From Eledone cirrhosa (taxonomy: Eukaryota), in the NCBI GenBank assembly GCA_964016885.1, contig OZ024743.1, positions 250,976,001 through 251,040,000 on the forward strand: 64,000 bases of DNA. The letters run 5' to 3'. How positions within the stretch are numbered: the stretch's first letter is position 1; each line of letters begins with the position of its first letter. Position numbers and translations under genes: made by a program. Shown here one piece after another: positions 28,111 to 40,651 of this stretch. The notes beneath the pieces were generated by a model, which saw nothing but the letters and a program-made list of their open reading frames with translations, was not told the origin of the DNA and ran no database searches.

Positions 28111-28871
28111 GCATTGATTGTTGGTGTTGTTGTTGTTAGTTGTTGATGCTGTTATTATTGCTGTTGTTGTTGCTGTTGTTGCTACTGTAGTTTCTACTAC
28201 TACTGCTGCTGTTACTGTTGTTGTTACAGCTTAAACCTCTGCAGATCTAGTTGGCCTCCTATGAGGTTGCATCTCATATAATGATTTCTAGGGTGTTTTA
28301 ATTACAGGAGCTGCAGTTCTATCTGATCCCCTTTGTTCCAGTGATAGGAGGTGGGACTTGAACTCAGAACAAATACCATAATACATTTAATGCCAATTCC
28401 TTGCACAGAAACCTACCAATAGTTCCCATCTTTTGACAACCTGTTGTTCATGGTGATAGTTGAAATCATAAAACCAAGGCATGTGATTTATGAATGCTTG
28501 GCATGTTGAAAGGACAAGGGTTAATTGGCTGGATTAGCTGGATTAACATGTTAACATTTGAAATTTAAAAAGCATATTAATAATAATAAAAATAACAATA
28601 ATTATCATTATTACCATTACTATAATGTAATGTTAACAATAAGGCTAATGATGATGATGATGATGATAATAATAATAGTTGTAGTAGTATTAATAATGAT
28701 GATAGTAATATGAAAATAAAAATTATTTGTGTGAGATGACAAGTCCACATGAAAAAAAACTTGGAGAAAACATACTCTAAATTATAAAATAAGAGAAAAA
28801 TATAAGGAACTCCAAACACAAATAGTACCAATAATTGTAGGTAGCTTTGGTGTAAGAATAGAAAAGGTTCA

Positions 28872-29094
28872 CCCTTTAACATTTACATTACTCTATATAT
28901 ATATACTATTGTATTTTCGCAGTAAAGGCTTTATCTCACATAATTATTTCACAGTATCAAATCTATGAGATTTTGATATTATTTATTTTGAGAACAAAAT
29001 CTTAACGTCAGTATGAGGGGCTGGTTATGGTCGGTTTGAACAAAAAGAGGTGACAAAATTCTGGCCAGATATGGTTGGTTTAAATGCTAAAGGG
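28872..29094. mobile_element. piggyBac-type MITE, copy 1
   Basis: TIRs ccctttaacattt and aaatgctaaaggg, flanked by ttca and ttaa. Internal sequence is homologous to 30650-30922. Confidence 0.8.
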
Positions 29095-29499
29095 TTAAAA
29101 TATCTTCAAGAAATTGATAAAATGTGAGAAAACCTGTGCAAGATATCCAGAAATTGGTTCTCATGGAAAGCAACACCATGCTCTGGAAAGTCATCAATTG
29201 GCTTTGCCTTTAAAATTTGTCCAGTGATTCTTTCCTCAGATATTTTAACTACATATCTGTTGTTTCAGAGTTACACACTCTATCAAGTAATGTTATTTCA
29301 AAGATCCTACAGAAGAACCCCATTTTGGCCACTTATAATTGCATATTCTTTCAGTTATTGCCCAAGATTCCTGACCCTAGGTAAAGGTAGGAAGGAATGC
29401 TGGATTAAAGATAGCAAGTTTGGCTTTTACACTTTCTCCTTCTTCTAATGACTGAGTGCTGAAGCTGGCCCATTACTGTACCAGCTTAGTAATAATAAT

Positions 29500-29710
29500 A
29501 ATTTCTGATTTAGGCACAGGACCAACAATTTGAGGGGAGGGGAAAGTCAATTAAATCACCCTCAGTGCTTACTGGTGCTTTATTTTATTGACCCTGTAGG
29601 AATGAAAGGCAAAGTTAACCTCGGCAGGATTTGAACTCAGAATACAAAGGGCCGTAACTCAATACCATAATGCATGTTGTCTGATGCTCTACCAATACTG
29701 CAAATCCACC
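29500..29710 (-). mobile_element. SINE of the same family as the 19715-21605 array
   Basis: Reverse complement of the core: ctggtgctttattttattgaccctgtaggaatgaaaggcaaagttaacctcggcaggatttgaactcag. Confidence 0.85.
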
Positions 29711-30649
29711 AAAAAACAACAACAGATATATTGAATCAAGGATTAGTTAAAATTTCATCGTTTCATTTATCAAATGGGAACAGCCAATATTTGAAGCTGC
29801 ATTGAAAGAACAAAATTCAACCAATCAAATATCAGAGAATTTTATTTTCTATTAATATTTATATAAATATATTTGTTTTATATTTTCTAATCTTTTATAA
29901 AAATACATCATTGCTGACTGCTTTGTTACTTTTTAATTTATTTACTTATTCATGTATCTATCTATTGTTATTATTTACTTTTATTTTTGTTTGTTTATTT
30001 ATTTTTTTATTATTGGCTTTCGGCAGTTAATACTCAATGTGAAAATTAACATAACTTTCATTAAAAAGTAATGTTAAGGATGGCGATGGCACATCCACAC
30101 CAAAACCAACAGTGACTGTGATGATGGTGATGGTGGCAGTGATGTCGGTGGTGATGATAGTGATGGTGGCAGTAATGGTGATGACATAGATGATAGCAAT
30201 AAAGTACCTATCTTGAAGAAATGTAGCCAAGTGTTTAGATCGTTCAGTTCAAGGTTGTGATGTCATGTGTTTGATTCTCTGACTGACATTGTGTTATTAA
30301 GTAAAACATTTCATTTTACTCCACTCCAGTCTACTTCCACTCAACTAAAAATGACTAGCAGCAGGAACAGGGGTTTAATCCCACATTAATCTGGTACACC
30401 ATCTGGGTGAGTTTGGGGTGGTCTTGTGCTATGTACATTCAGTTACGAATGAAACAAGGATAAGCTCTGACCTGATGAGTTACTAGCCTTGGAAAAAAAC
30501 TATAACATCCTCCTTGAAATAAAATTTATTATCTCCACCAAAATTATTTCCACATGAAAAACTCGCTTCAGAACAATCAACATTACACCTTAACCTTATA
30601 ATGGACTGGCGTCTGATTCAGGGGAAGTTGTGCACTCTCAGTCATTTAA

Positions 30650-30922
30650 CTCTTTAGCATTTACATTACTCTATATAACTTTGATAACTTTCGGCTAGTA
30701 TTGGCCCAGTCCATGTCTAACTTAATAATACCACCTGGCAAATACTATTGTATTTTCAAGGTAAACACTATACCTCACATAATATCGAATCTACAAGATT
30801 TTGATATTATTTATTTTGAGAATAATTCCTTAGCATAAGTCCGAGCAGCCAGTTATGGCCGGTTTGAACAGAAAGAGGTGAGAGAATTCTAGCTGGATAT
30901 GGCTGGCTCAGATGCTAAAGAG
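30650..30922. mobile_element. piggyBac-type MITE, copy 2, inserted in an older SINE
   Basis: Perfect TIRs ctctttagcat and atgctaaagag, with TTAA on both sides (30646-30649, 30923-30926). Confidence 0.85.
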
Positions 30923-31574
30923 TTAATGCCAATGAAACTGGAATAAATTCAAGCTTCATGAACCTCTGGGCTTAAAACAGACATAACTCTTTTATTGTTA
31001 TATTTCTAATGAAAGCCATGGCCATTATTTTCAAATAATTTTGAAAAACATATCAATTTTTGAAGAAATTTAAATGGGTAGTTTTCCATCATAGAACCCA
31101 GGATAATATCAGGTGGTTTGATATTAATAGGGTTAAATCAAATCATGATGTAAGGTTAAAATATAAATACAAAAACTTAAAAAACAGGGAGCTTTGTATC
31201 ATAGAACCAAGAACAGATTCATACAGGTTGGTATCAAGGGAAAATAACATAATCACAAAATTTACTAGTAAGCTAAAATAACTAAACTACTTCACGCTGG
31301 AGATATTAACATCATATATATAATAATATATATATTATATTTCCAATATAGGAAGCATAAGGTTATGAAAAAAAGGGGAAGTGTTGTTACAAAAAGGAAA
31401 ATTTAGCGGGAAGCCTGAACTGTTAGCTTTTAAAACAATACAGTGGTAGGTTTGTTCCATGTAAAATATTTACAGATGTAGACTAAATACATTTACAGTC
31501 TAGAAATTTCATTTATCAGAGAATATGTGTGTGTATATACATACAGACACACACACACACACATATGTATGTGA

Positions 31575-31741
<167 letters not shown>

Positions 31742-31752
31742 TATATACTGAA

Positions 31753-31823
31753 AATTCCCTTATCCCCAACACCTTATTTTGCTTTCCCACAAAGCAAAAT
31801 AAGGTGTTGGGGATAAAGGAATT
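31753..31823. repeat. Hairpin with 33-bp arms and a 5-nt loop, next to (TA)n
   Basis: aattcccttatccccaacaccttattttgcttt-cccac-aaagcaaaataaggtgttggggataaaggaatt, one mismatch. Confidence 0.95.
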
Positions 31824-32074
31824 GACTAGTGTTTATTCAAAGCTCTTAAGTAAGTTTCAAATACTTGGGTGTGTATATTTATGCATACATAAATATATAA
31901 ATGATTACACACACAGACACAGACACACACACACACACAACACACACAACACACACATATATATATATAATTATATGGATATATACACAAAGAGAAACAT
32001 GTAAATACAATCTTGATTTCTTTCTCTATCTCATTGTATGTATACATATACATACATATATATATATATATATA

Positions 32075-32180
32075 TCATCATCATCATCATCGTTTTACGT
32101 CCGTTTTTCCACGCTAGCATGGGTTAGACGGGTTGTCCTGATGTGGGCAGTGTCCAGTCAGCTGACCTTGTCTTGCTCAT
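32075..32180 (-). mobile_element. Retroposon 3' end with (GAT)n tail; near copy at 35817-35925, decayed copies at ~13330, 24065 and 27790
   Basis: (cat)n-cgttttacgtccgtttttccacgctagcatgggttagacgggttgtcctg...gaccttgtcttgctcata occurs at both sites. Confidence 0.7.
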
Positions 32181-32390
32181 ATATATATTTTGCATTTTCG
32201 CAATATTATACACAGATGAATTCAATCGCCTAATTTAGGTGTTGTCTCCCTTGCTGAACCCCACGTGGGGTCAGTTACAAACACATCTATGTGGACTTTC
32301 GAACTGAATCCCGTTGACAACGCGTACTCCTAGTTCAGTCAGGATACGAGAAACTTAACATCCTTTTTGTAAGTGGACAGTAAATGACCT

Positions 32391-32680
32391 ATGGAGCCGC
32401 AGAAACCCCAACACTGGACTTAACCATCATTCCAGGGATCCGGGTGAGTATCAAACATTTATATTTTCATATATTTTTATATCTGTATATCTGTTTGACC
32501 CGAAATAGGAGATCGAATCTTCGCTGTGTAGATGATTAGTTTAACCACCATCTCAGTGTGTTTGGCCTTTAACGTAAGTTGTAAGCTCTAATTCATTTGA
32601 ATTATTGAGCGCTTGCCTCACAACTCGAAAGTGTTTTCTCGTTATTTCATGGGCTGAAGTTCGATTCTCGCTAATTTTTA

Positions 32681-32685
<5 letters not shown>
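32391..32685. repeat. ~290-bp dispersed repeat, copy 1 (copy 2 at 40121-40412)
   Basis: tggagccgcagaaaccccaacactggact ... gattctcgctaatttttactta is nearly identical at both sites, and both copies run into (TA)n. Confidence 0.92.
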
Positions 32686-32761
<76 letters not shown>

Positions 32762-33140
32762 ATTTAATTTGTTGAAAGTCCGACAAACATGAATGTTTAT
32801 AACTGATTTAGAGCACTCAACAAGTTACTGGAGTAAATATTCAATGATATTAAATAAATGGAAACTATATTTATAAAACCATATTTATTTTATTATATAT
32901 ATTTCAAGGGCAACCAAGACAACATTGGTACGCTTTCATCAGATAAAATACAAAGTTTGTTTTATAAATAGAGATGTACCCATGAAAATCATACCTTATC
33001 GGTTGGAAATTCACTGGGTAGTGGAAATATATTAGGGATTATTCGAACTTATGTGTGAATATGCAAATGAATATGTAAATAATTGAAAAACAACCGTTTA
33101 TATAAATGACACTGGAGAAAGATAGAGAGAAAAAATATTA

Positions 33141-34579
33141 CTCCTAATTTACTTAATAAAGCCCTCATCTATGCATCTAAACATACAGATTCATCTAGCG
33201 AAGAAATGCATATCATTTTAACCCCACGGAAAGCTTTAATTGAATTCAACAATGATCTCTTGACTAGAACTGAGAGAAAAAAAAGTTTTGATATTACCAT
33301 GGGGTCATCGAACTCGGCGCAAATAACGGATCTTGTGAGGCTATTTATTAATAATACACTACATAGAAAAATACCAGAGATGACCCGAGGTTTATATCGT
33401 GATGACATGCTGCTTTTAATTGAAAATCATAGTAATTGTGAAATTAATAGAAAAAGAAAATCAATAATACAATTTTTCAATAGCTACAATCTTAAGTTAG
33501 AAATAGAGAATAACTATAAAATTGTTAACTTTTTAGACGTAACATTAAACCTTAACACAGGGCTCTACTATCCATTCCATAAAATTAATGAGAATGTAAA
33601 CTATGTAAGTTTTAACTCTAATCATCCTAGATCTATCAAGAACACTATTGTTAATTCTATCCAACAACGGATTTCACGCATCTCCGCTAATAAAAACATT
33701 TTTGACGATAAGGCAGAATATTATAATGAAAATTTAAATAGAGCAGGTTATATAAATAAGATTAAATACATCGACAACAGTGATAAGGCAAATAACCCTA
33801 CTATTAATTATAATTATAATTACAATAAAAAATCTAACTTAAACTCTAAAACTAACAGAAATAATAGAACTAGAAATATAATTTGGTACTCACCCCCATT
33901 CTCATTAAGGGTTAAACACCTTTAGCAAAGCTATTCTTTAAAGCACTAGATAAATGTTTTCCTAAAGCCCACAGATACCACTCAATTTTTAACAGACATA
34001 CAATAAAACTATCTTACTCTACTACTATGAACATAGCACAAAATATAAATAGAATCAATAATAGAAATTTAAACCATAACCAAAATAGCAGTAATATCTC
34101 TAGCAATATCCAACATAATAGTACCGTTCCGAATAACATAAACTCCGCTAAATGTAACTGTAGAATTAAATCAAACTGTCCTTTAAAAAATAAGTGCTTA
34201 GATAAGGACGTGGTCTATAAATGCAGTCAAAACCAGTGATAATATATTTAACTATGTAGGTTCAACTTCTACAGACTTTAAAAGTCGTTGGAATAATCAC
34301 AAATGCTTTTTCAGAAAACTTGATAAAAAATCTTCAACTTCTCTATCAAACCTGATATGGAACTTAAAATCCAAAAATATGGACTATTCTTTAACTTGGG
34401 AAATAATTTCATAAGCACCTGCCTACCAAAACACAGCTTTATCTAGATTTTGCAAATTGTGTGTTGAGGAAATTTTCTTCATACTTAAATATAAGAACTC
34501 TATTAATGTACGGACGAATTTATTTAGTTCTTGTAAACATCGCCTAAACTCAACGTTTAGAACTATATACAAATTATAA
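33141..34579 (+). pseudogene. PLE RT / GIY-YIG endonuclease ORF, truncated and frameshifted
   Basis: ORFs 33206-33925 and 34027-34239 plus the downstream frame join through frameshifts near 33920 and 34230. Ends SCKHRLNSTFRTIYKL* at 34579. Confidence 0.9.
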
Positions 34580-35642
34580 GTACACTTATAATATTTCTAC
34601 TTATTTCCATAACAATCTTATCCACTCTGTTTTAATATATTGTTATCTCTAAATCATATCTATAATATTTGCTATAATTTCACTTCTTAAAATTTCTTAA
34701 AATATATACATATATGATCCTAACTTTTAAATTTTTATTTTAACTTTAATTTTAATATTTTAAAAGTTTTTTTTAATTCTTTATTTTTTATTTCTTAAAT
34801 TTTTCAGATATTTTAAAAATTACTTTTTTTTTTTTTTAATTTACTTATCTCTTATAAATTATGGTCTTAAAAATTTTCCCGAATTTTTAATATTTTTTAA
34901 TGAAAATTTTTAATTAGATTTATAACCACTAACTAATTCAGGCTAAATATATCTTTAACATTTATATCTTTAACATTTAAACTTATTTTGACAAAATAGT
35001 CTCATACTAACGAATAAATAAACAAAACTGGAGTTTTTTCTGTATCTTCCCAATTTAAAATATATAAATATAAATATTCTTATTAACTCAGTTAACTTAA
35101 TTACTTACATTAAATATAAACCAATATCCCTCATAACTCATTAAAACAATTATCTATAACACGATATACCCATCTATCTATTTATCTATTTATTGATTTA
35201 TTTTTATATTTATTTTTCTATCTAATTTTATATATATTTATTTTTCTATATATATCTATTTATTTTTTCTATCTACTTATAACAGTAAATATTATATTAA
35301 AAAGAATTTTAACAACTAAATAATTGTAAATATATGTACCATTAGTAGGTATATACTTAAAAGTTATTCCCCCATATTAACGTTACTTGAGTTCTATTCA
35401 TCCTCTTGTTAATTTCTACTCTCTATCTCTCTCGTAATATTAATATTTTTCTCTCTCTCTTTCTTCTCTATCTTTCTCCAGTATCATTTAAATAAACGGT
35501 TGTTTTTCAATTATTTACATAATCATTTGCATATTCACACATAAGTTTGAATAATCCCTAATATATTTACACTACCCAGTGAATTTCCAACCGATAAGGT
35601 ATGATTTTCATGGGTACGTCTCTATTTATAAAACAAACTTTG

Positions 35643-35707
35643 TATTTTATCTGATGAAAGCGTACCAATGTTGTCTTGGTTGCCCTTGAAATATATATAA
35701 TAAAATA
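35643..35707 (+). ncRNA. Type I minimal hammerhead ribozyme in the PLE pseudo-LTR; identical inverted copy at 32886-32950 on the minus strand
   Basis: tattttat-CTGATGA-aagcgtaccaa[tgttgtc]ttggttgccctt-GAAA-tatata-TA-ataaaata: 8-bp stem I, intact core, palindromic stem III. Confidence 0.85.
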
Positions 35708-35749
35708 AATATGGTTTTATAAATATAGTTTCCATTTATTTAATATCAT

Positions 35750-35817
<68 letters not shown>

Positions 35818-36138
35818 ATCATCATCATCCTCACCGTTTTATGTCCATTCTTCCATGCTAACATGGGTTCGACGGGTTGTCCTGTTGTGGGCAGTGCCAG
35901 GTTGGGTGACCTTGTCTTGCTCATACGAGAACTATACTATATATATATATATAAATTAATTAATTGAAGATATATATATACATTTATATAAAAGTATAGA
36001 CATAGATATGAGGGAGTCCAACCGATATCAGTTTTGCTCAAAGCAGGAATTAATAAAAATCAATTTATCAGAGCATAATAACATTATATTTGGGAAAAGT
36101 AGACAAGAGAAAAAGTTTTTTTTATATATTTACTTTGA

Positions 36139-36211
36139 TGTCCCGACTGCAGTTTCACTGAGTAATACCAGTTTTTGAGCACTACGAAAAGTCTCAGCTC
36201 TTCAAGAAACA
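36139..36211 (-). ncRNA. Hammerhead ribozyme motif (C3U core variant)
   Basis: Minus strand: tgtttc-TTGAAGA-gctgag...ctcagt-GAAA-ctgcag-TC-gggaca. 6-bp stem II, palindromic stem III, GUC site. Confidence 0.7.
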
Positions 36212-36514
36212 ACTCAATAAAAAACAATCTTTCTGAGTTTTCCGTTAACAGCGATAATTCCAAAAGGAAGAATTATCACTGGTAAGTGGACAATGGCAAA
36301 TAATGGGGCTGCTAGAAGAAGCATATCTATCTATATATATATACTACTAAAACTTTGTGATTGTGTGTTTCTCTGTCTCAGACACCCACGCACATACACA
36401 CACACGCATACAAATACACACACATATATATATATGTGTGTGTGTGTGTGTGTATGTATGAATATATATATACACACACACACACATATATATATATTTA
36501 TATATATTATAATA

Positions 36515-36720
36515 ATTGTTTCTACGTTTGGCACAAGGCCAGCAAATTACCCAGTGCATTACTGGTACTTTATTTTATCGACCCCGTAAGGATGAAAGCA
36601 AAGTTAACCTCGGTGGAATTTGAACTCAGAATGGCAAGGGTCGTAACTCTATACGTCAAATATGGCGTCCGACCCTCTACCAATACTGCCAATCCACCGC
36701 CCTTTATATATATTATATAT

Positions 36721-36758
<38 letters not shown>

Positions 36759-37005
36759 TATAATATATATATATTATATATATATAATATATATATTATA
36801 TATATTATAATAATAGTAATTGTTTCTACTTTAGGCACAAGGCCAGCAATTACCCAGTGCATTACTGGTACTTTATTTTATCGACCCCCGTAAGGATGAA
36901 AGGCAAAGTCAACCTCGGCGGGATTTGAACTCAAATCGTAAAGGGGCCTAACTATGCTGGAAAGCATGGCGTCCGACCCTCTACCGATACTGCCAATCCA
37001 CCGTT
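36515..37005 (-). mobile_element. Two SINE copies (36515-36705, 36820-37005) separated by an AT microsatellite
   Basis: Reverse complement of the 203-bp SINE unit: ggcacaaggccagcaattacccagtgcattactggtactttattttatcgaccccgtaaggatgaaa. Confidence 0.92.
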
Positions 37006-37069
37006 TGTTAATAGTAATAAACGAAAGATATATACTTTATATCATCTCTATTTACTTTATTGTATATAT

Positions 37070-37560
37070 TTCGTCGGTCGGGAGTCCTTTTCACGGAACG
37101 GTAGGTCGCACGGCACGTTGTACGTGAAACGATGAACCGGTACGGGGCAGTAACGTTGGCGTCGGATTCGATGTAAGAGTGTCGGTCGGGTGGCCGGTTT
37201 GCGTCGTTCGTTTCGTTTTCTTTGCCCCTCTTTCGGCGGACGAGGGCGGCTGTGGGTTTGTTCGATTCAACGCGCGTGCAGCGGATAGGAAGAGAAGGGC
37301 TCGAGGCTGGAGGATCGTCGTGTGAAGCGCCGTCTCCGCGTCGCTTTTTCTTTTTGAAGGAGAACAGCGGGTGAGATGTGTGTGCGGCGGCTCTCTTCTC
37401 ATTGCTTTTTCTTTTTTTATTTCGTCGCGTCGTGGCGGCGGCGGCTCACTGTCGTTTTTTTTTTTTTGCTCCATCGAAAACAAACACGGGAGACTCGGAA
37501 GGCAAGCAGCAACAGCAAGTAGCGCACGGTCACTTTTTGCGACGTTCGGTTTTGATACAT
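37070..37560. other. GC/CpG-rich non-coding island, possibly an rDNA spacer or expansion-segment fragment
   Basis: Abrupt CpG-rich stretch with T-runs, ~500 bp from a 28S fragment. No recognisable protein motif. Confidence 0.35.
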
Positions 37561-38078
37561 TTCTCATAGATAATTATTTCCCTTCTTTTAAAATAAATAA
37601 TTTACCTCACAGCATTATAACCTACTCAGCTATAAATTTATAAAAAATAAAAAAACATATCAATTATTAAATACTTTTCTACTCTTATAATTTCACAAGC
37701 TAATTTATACATAAACAAAGATAACTTACCTACAAATTCTGTAATCCAAATTCTTTCCCCCTTTATTATTATATTTTCATAATACTACTTTTGTTTCCTA
37801 GAATATTTTTTCATTTTTTCCTTTGATATAATATATACTTTTGATTTAATACCTAGTTTTAATTGATTATAAGCAACATATAGACTGAATAACGGTCAAA
37901 TTTTGTTTTGTTTTTTGACCAATCTAATTACGCTATATTTTAAATAATTTGTTAAACGATTAGACCTACTGTAATTATTCTCCCAATCACGTAACCTCCT
38001 ATATGTTGAGGTTTCCTGGTCATATTCTTAGTGGTCACCGATCTGTCCAGATCGTTTGTCTTCCGGACCGATTCAAGA

Positions 38079-38335
38079 GCTGCGAATCGTTACGGACCCA
38101 GATTTTCCAGGGCCGCCGAGAGTGCACCGGATGCCACCCGAGACGCAGCGCTCTACAGGTACCAAATTCGTATACACGGACGAGCCGATTCCACGGACGG
38201 GTTCCTTTACGAAGAAGAGAGAACTCTTCTCGGGGATCCTGGCAACATCTCCGGGCTCGCTTGCATTGCCGCGTCTTCGCTCGACCGCCGGCTTTGACGG
38301 CAACGCGTGCGATGAAGTGCGTGTCGCGTTAACCA
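38079..38335 (-). rRNA. 28S rRNA fragment (pseudogene), conserved core near the D7 region
   Basis: cagattttccagggccgccgagagtgcaccggatgccacccgagacgcagcgctctac...cgattcca...acgaagaagagagaactcttctcggggatcctggcaacatctccggg matches, as I recall it, the reverse complement of eukaryotic LSU (ggattttcaagggcc..gagagctcaccggacgccgcc..aaagaaaagagaactct). Confidence 0.85.
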
Positions 38336-38394
38336 CACCGCCGGACTGGACTATTGCTCCCAGCTGTTGTCACCCCATAGTGTCAAACTAACAC

Positions 38395-38945
38395 CGGAGC
38401 TTAGAGCCAGCCAATGAAGCTACACCAAGAGAATTGCCACAATGAAGGAGATGAGTTACAGGGAGAGGCTAAAAGAACTAAAACTCTACACCTTGGAAGG
38501 AAGATGGGAGAGGTATGCTGTGATATACAAATAGAAAATCCTGGAAAGACTAGTACTGAACTTTGTCACTGAGAGCTGGACCAACTCTAGAACAGGACAT
38601 CACTGTGTGGTGCCAAAGTCCCTGTCTTTCACATCTAGAGTAAGGAGCATATATAGTTATAGCCTTGGGTTCAAAGGTACTCAACTCTTTAATAAGCTGC
38701 TAAGAAAATTGTGAGATCTACATGGTCTGGACGTGGATGATTTGAAGAAACATTATGACACTCTGCTATCCAGGATCCCAGATGAACACACAGCACGGAA
38801 TGAAGGTAACCTAAGGGCAACAATAAAGAACGCCCTCATACACCAATGGCCTGCCAATGCAGGCTGGATATAGAAAGTGTACCAACAAGGGCGATGCCCC
38901 AATATGGCCTCAGCCGGATGGCTGGAATAGGCAAAAGAATAAAAA
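38395..38945 (+). mobile_element. CR1/L2-group LINE 3' end, degraded
   Basis: MSYRERLKELKLYTLEGRWERYAVIY..KIL ... SLGFKGTQLFNKL ... DDLKKHYDTLLSRIPDE, a typical C-terminus for this group. Confidence 0.8.
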
Positions 38946-39491
38946 GGTAATATATACAGTAGACATCCTACAGCCCGGTCTCTCTTGCTCTATTCTCCCT
39001 TCTTACCGTTTCTATGCCCCAGTGTCATACTTTATTGTCTGCACGTTGGACTACAATTCTTCTCATTCCCTTCTGTTTTACTATTTCTCTTCTTTATATA
39101 TTTTTTCTCCTTTGGTTAAGCCCTCGAACACTATTCTATCCGTTCTTAGTCAGCTGACGCACATGGGATGCTTTTTCTTCTATATTTGTTTAATTTGCGG
39201 AAAAGCCTATCTTGTCTCTACCAATTTTGTTATGAGTGTAATTTGCCTAAAGGCATGACACGTCTCTACATGTGTTGTTATATCCTAATGTTCTCTGGAA
39301 TGAATGGTTGCAACCTTAATGATCCGAAACCGTAGTGATTTCCAGAGGTTTACTGAGGAGATGGAACTCTCTGTCTTTCCGTTGTTTTTTCTATTGTCTT
39401 TGTCTTGTGCTCCCCTATTTTGAAGGAAACGACAAAACAGAGGTACAACAAGTCTTATTAGTTTCACGCTTTATATGGAAAGAGGAAAGAA

Positions 39492-39529
39492 ACTTCGACA
39501 TGTCGGGCTTTAGCCCATCTTCAGGAGTA
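39492..39529 (-). ncRNA. Hammerhead motif with mutated core (GACA for GAAA)
   Basis: Minus strand: actc-CTGAAGA-t-gggc[taaa]gccc-GACA-tg-TC-gaagt. Confidence 0.55.
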
Positions 39530-40076
39530 TCAAAATAGAGACAGGATCACAAAGGATAGATACAGAAAATAAGAGGTAGTCCAAGTAAAACAAAAACGAA
39601 AATAATGAAAGTAAACAAATATATATATATTTTTCCCCATTTATCGTTTTCGGTGCGCCCGGCCGACTGAACTCACTCGATATGCAAATTAGGCTGCTCA
39701 GTCGTTAATATGCATAAGGAAAGTATATACTTTCAGACGTTCAATCATCTGGCAGGAAGGTATACGATGTTGACGATAGCTAATAAGCTTGAAACTAGTA
39801 CATCGTTCCTGTGTCAGTGTTGACCAAAAGGGCGACGATGGTTGCCGAGCACTGTACGGCGTAATTTGGGCTGTTTGTTTGTTTACAAACAAACATACCG
39901 AATATTGGTTATACATGTTCGGTAAACCCATACGTACATATATATATGTGTGCATGTATGCATATATATACATACTACTGTACGTCTGTATACATATATG
40001 TATGTACGTATACATACATACATACTTACATTTAAGTATCAGCCGTACTAAGAGTGAGAAATGAAATTCTTTCATT

Positions 40077-40120
<44 letters not shown>

Positions 40121-40121
<1 letters not shown>

Positions 40122-40408
40122 GGAGCCGCAGAAACCCCAACACTGGACTTTACCATCATTCCAGGGGTCCGGGTAAGCCTCAAACATTTATATTTTCATA
40201 TATTTTTATATCTGTATATCTGTTTGACCCGAAATAGGAGATCGAATCTTCGCTGTGTGGATGATTAGTTTAACCACCATCTCAGTGTGGTTGGCCTTTA
40301 ACGTAAGTTGTAATCTCTAATTCATTTGAATTATTGAGCGCTTGCCTCACAACTCGAAAGTGTTTCTCGTTATTTCATGGGCTGAAATTCGATTCTCGCT
40401 AATTTTTA

Positions 40409-40412
<4 letters not shown>
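40121..40412. repeat. ~290-bp dispersed repeat, copy 2, embedded in (TA)n
   Basis: Near-identical to 32391-32685, with (TA)n on both sides. Confidence 0.92.
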
Positions 40413-40467
<55 letters not shown>

Positions 40468-40602
40468 CAATATATATATATAGAGAGAGAAAGTACCTAA
40501 CAGTATCTGTACCAACGTATATACATATATACACATATCTAGTATGTAGACATGTAAACATGCCAGAAAATAGAATTTTCCCTGTAAATTGAAAAATGCT
40601 GA

Positions 40603-40651
40603 ACATCTTTAATTGATTTTCAGGTCTTATTGGACCCTCATCAGAAGATGT
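40603..40651 (-). ncRNA. Type I minimal hammerhead ribozyme with intact core
   Basis: Minus strand: acatctt-CTGATGA-gggtc[caataa]gacct-GAAA-atcaat-TA-aagatgt, with a perfect 7-bp stem I. Lies between direct repeats at 40556-40593 and 40896-40933. Confidence 0.85.

Larger units (their letters stand above)
32757..35751 (+). mobile_element. 5'-truncated Penelope-like element (Naiad-like) with inverted pseudo-LTR
   Basis: RT motifs MGSSNSAQITDLV, GLYRDD, NFLDVTL, SNHP and WYSPPFS; CNCRIKSNCP..C motif; GIY-YIG VVYKC..YVGSTSTDFKSRWNNH; CKLCVEE. 32842-33140 is the reverse complement of ~35441-35751. Both ends abut (TA)n. Confidence 0.93.

Noticed and set aside
30465-30500. Hammerhead at cctgatgag...ggaaaa
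   Set aside because: No convincing stems I or III. It is part of an old SINE tail also seen at ~26525 and ~30955.
33900-34579. Selenocysteine-recoded Naiad-type PLE
   Set aside because: Conserved Cys positions in both PLE copies (also 48259-48972) are TGT/TGC. The breaks are frameshifts, not in-frame TGA.
37091-37643. Protein-coding ORFs in the GC-rich island and over 38003-38391
   Set aside because: No domain similarity. The frames are open because of GC richness, and 38079-38335 is antisense 28S rRNA.
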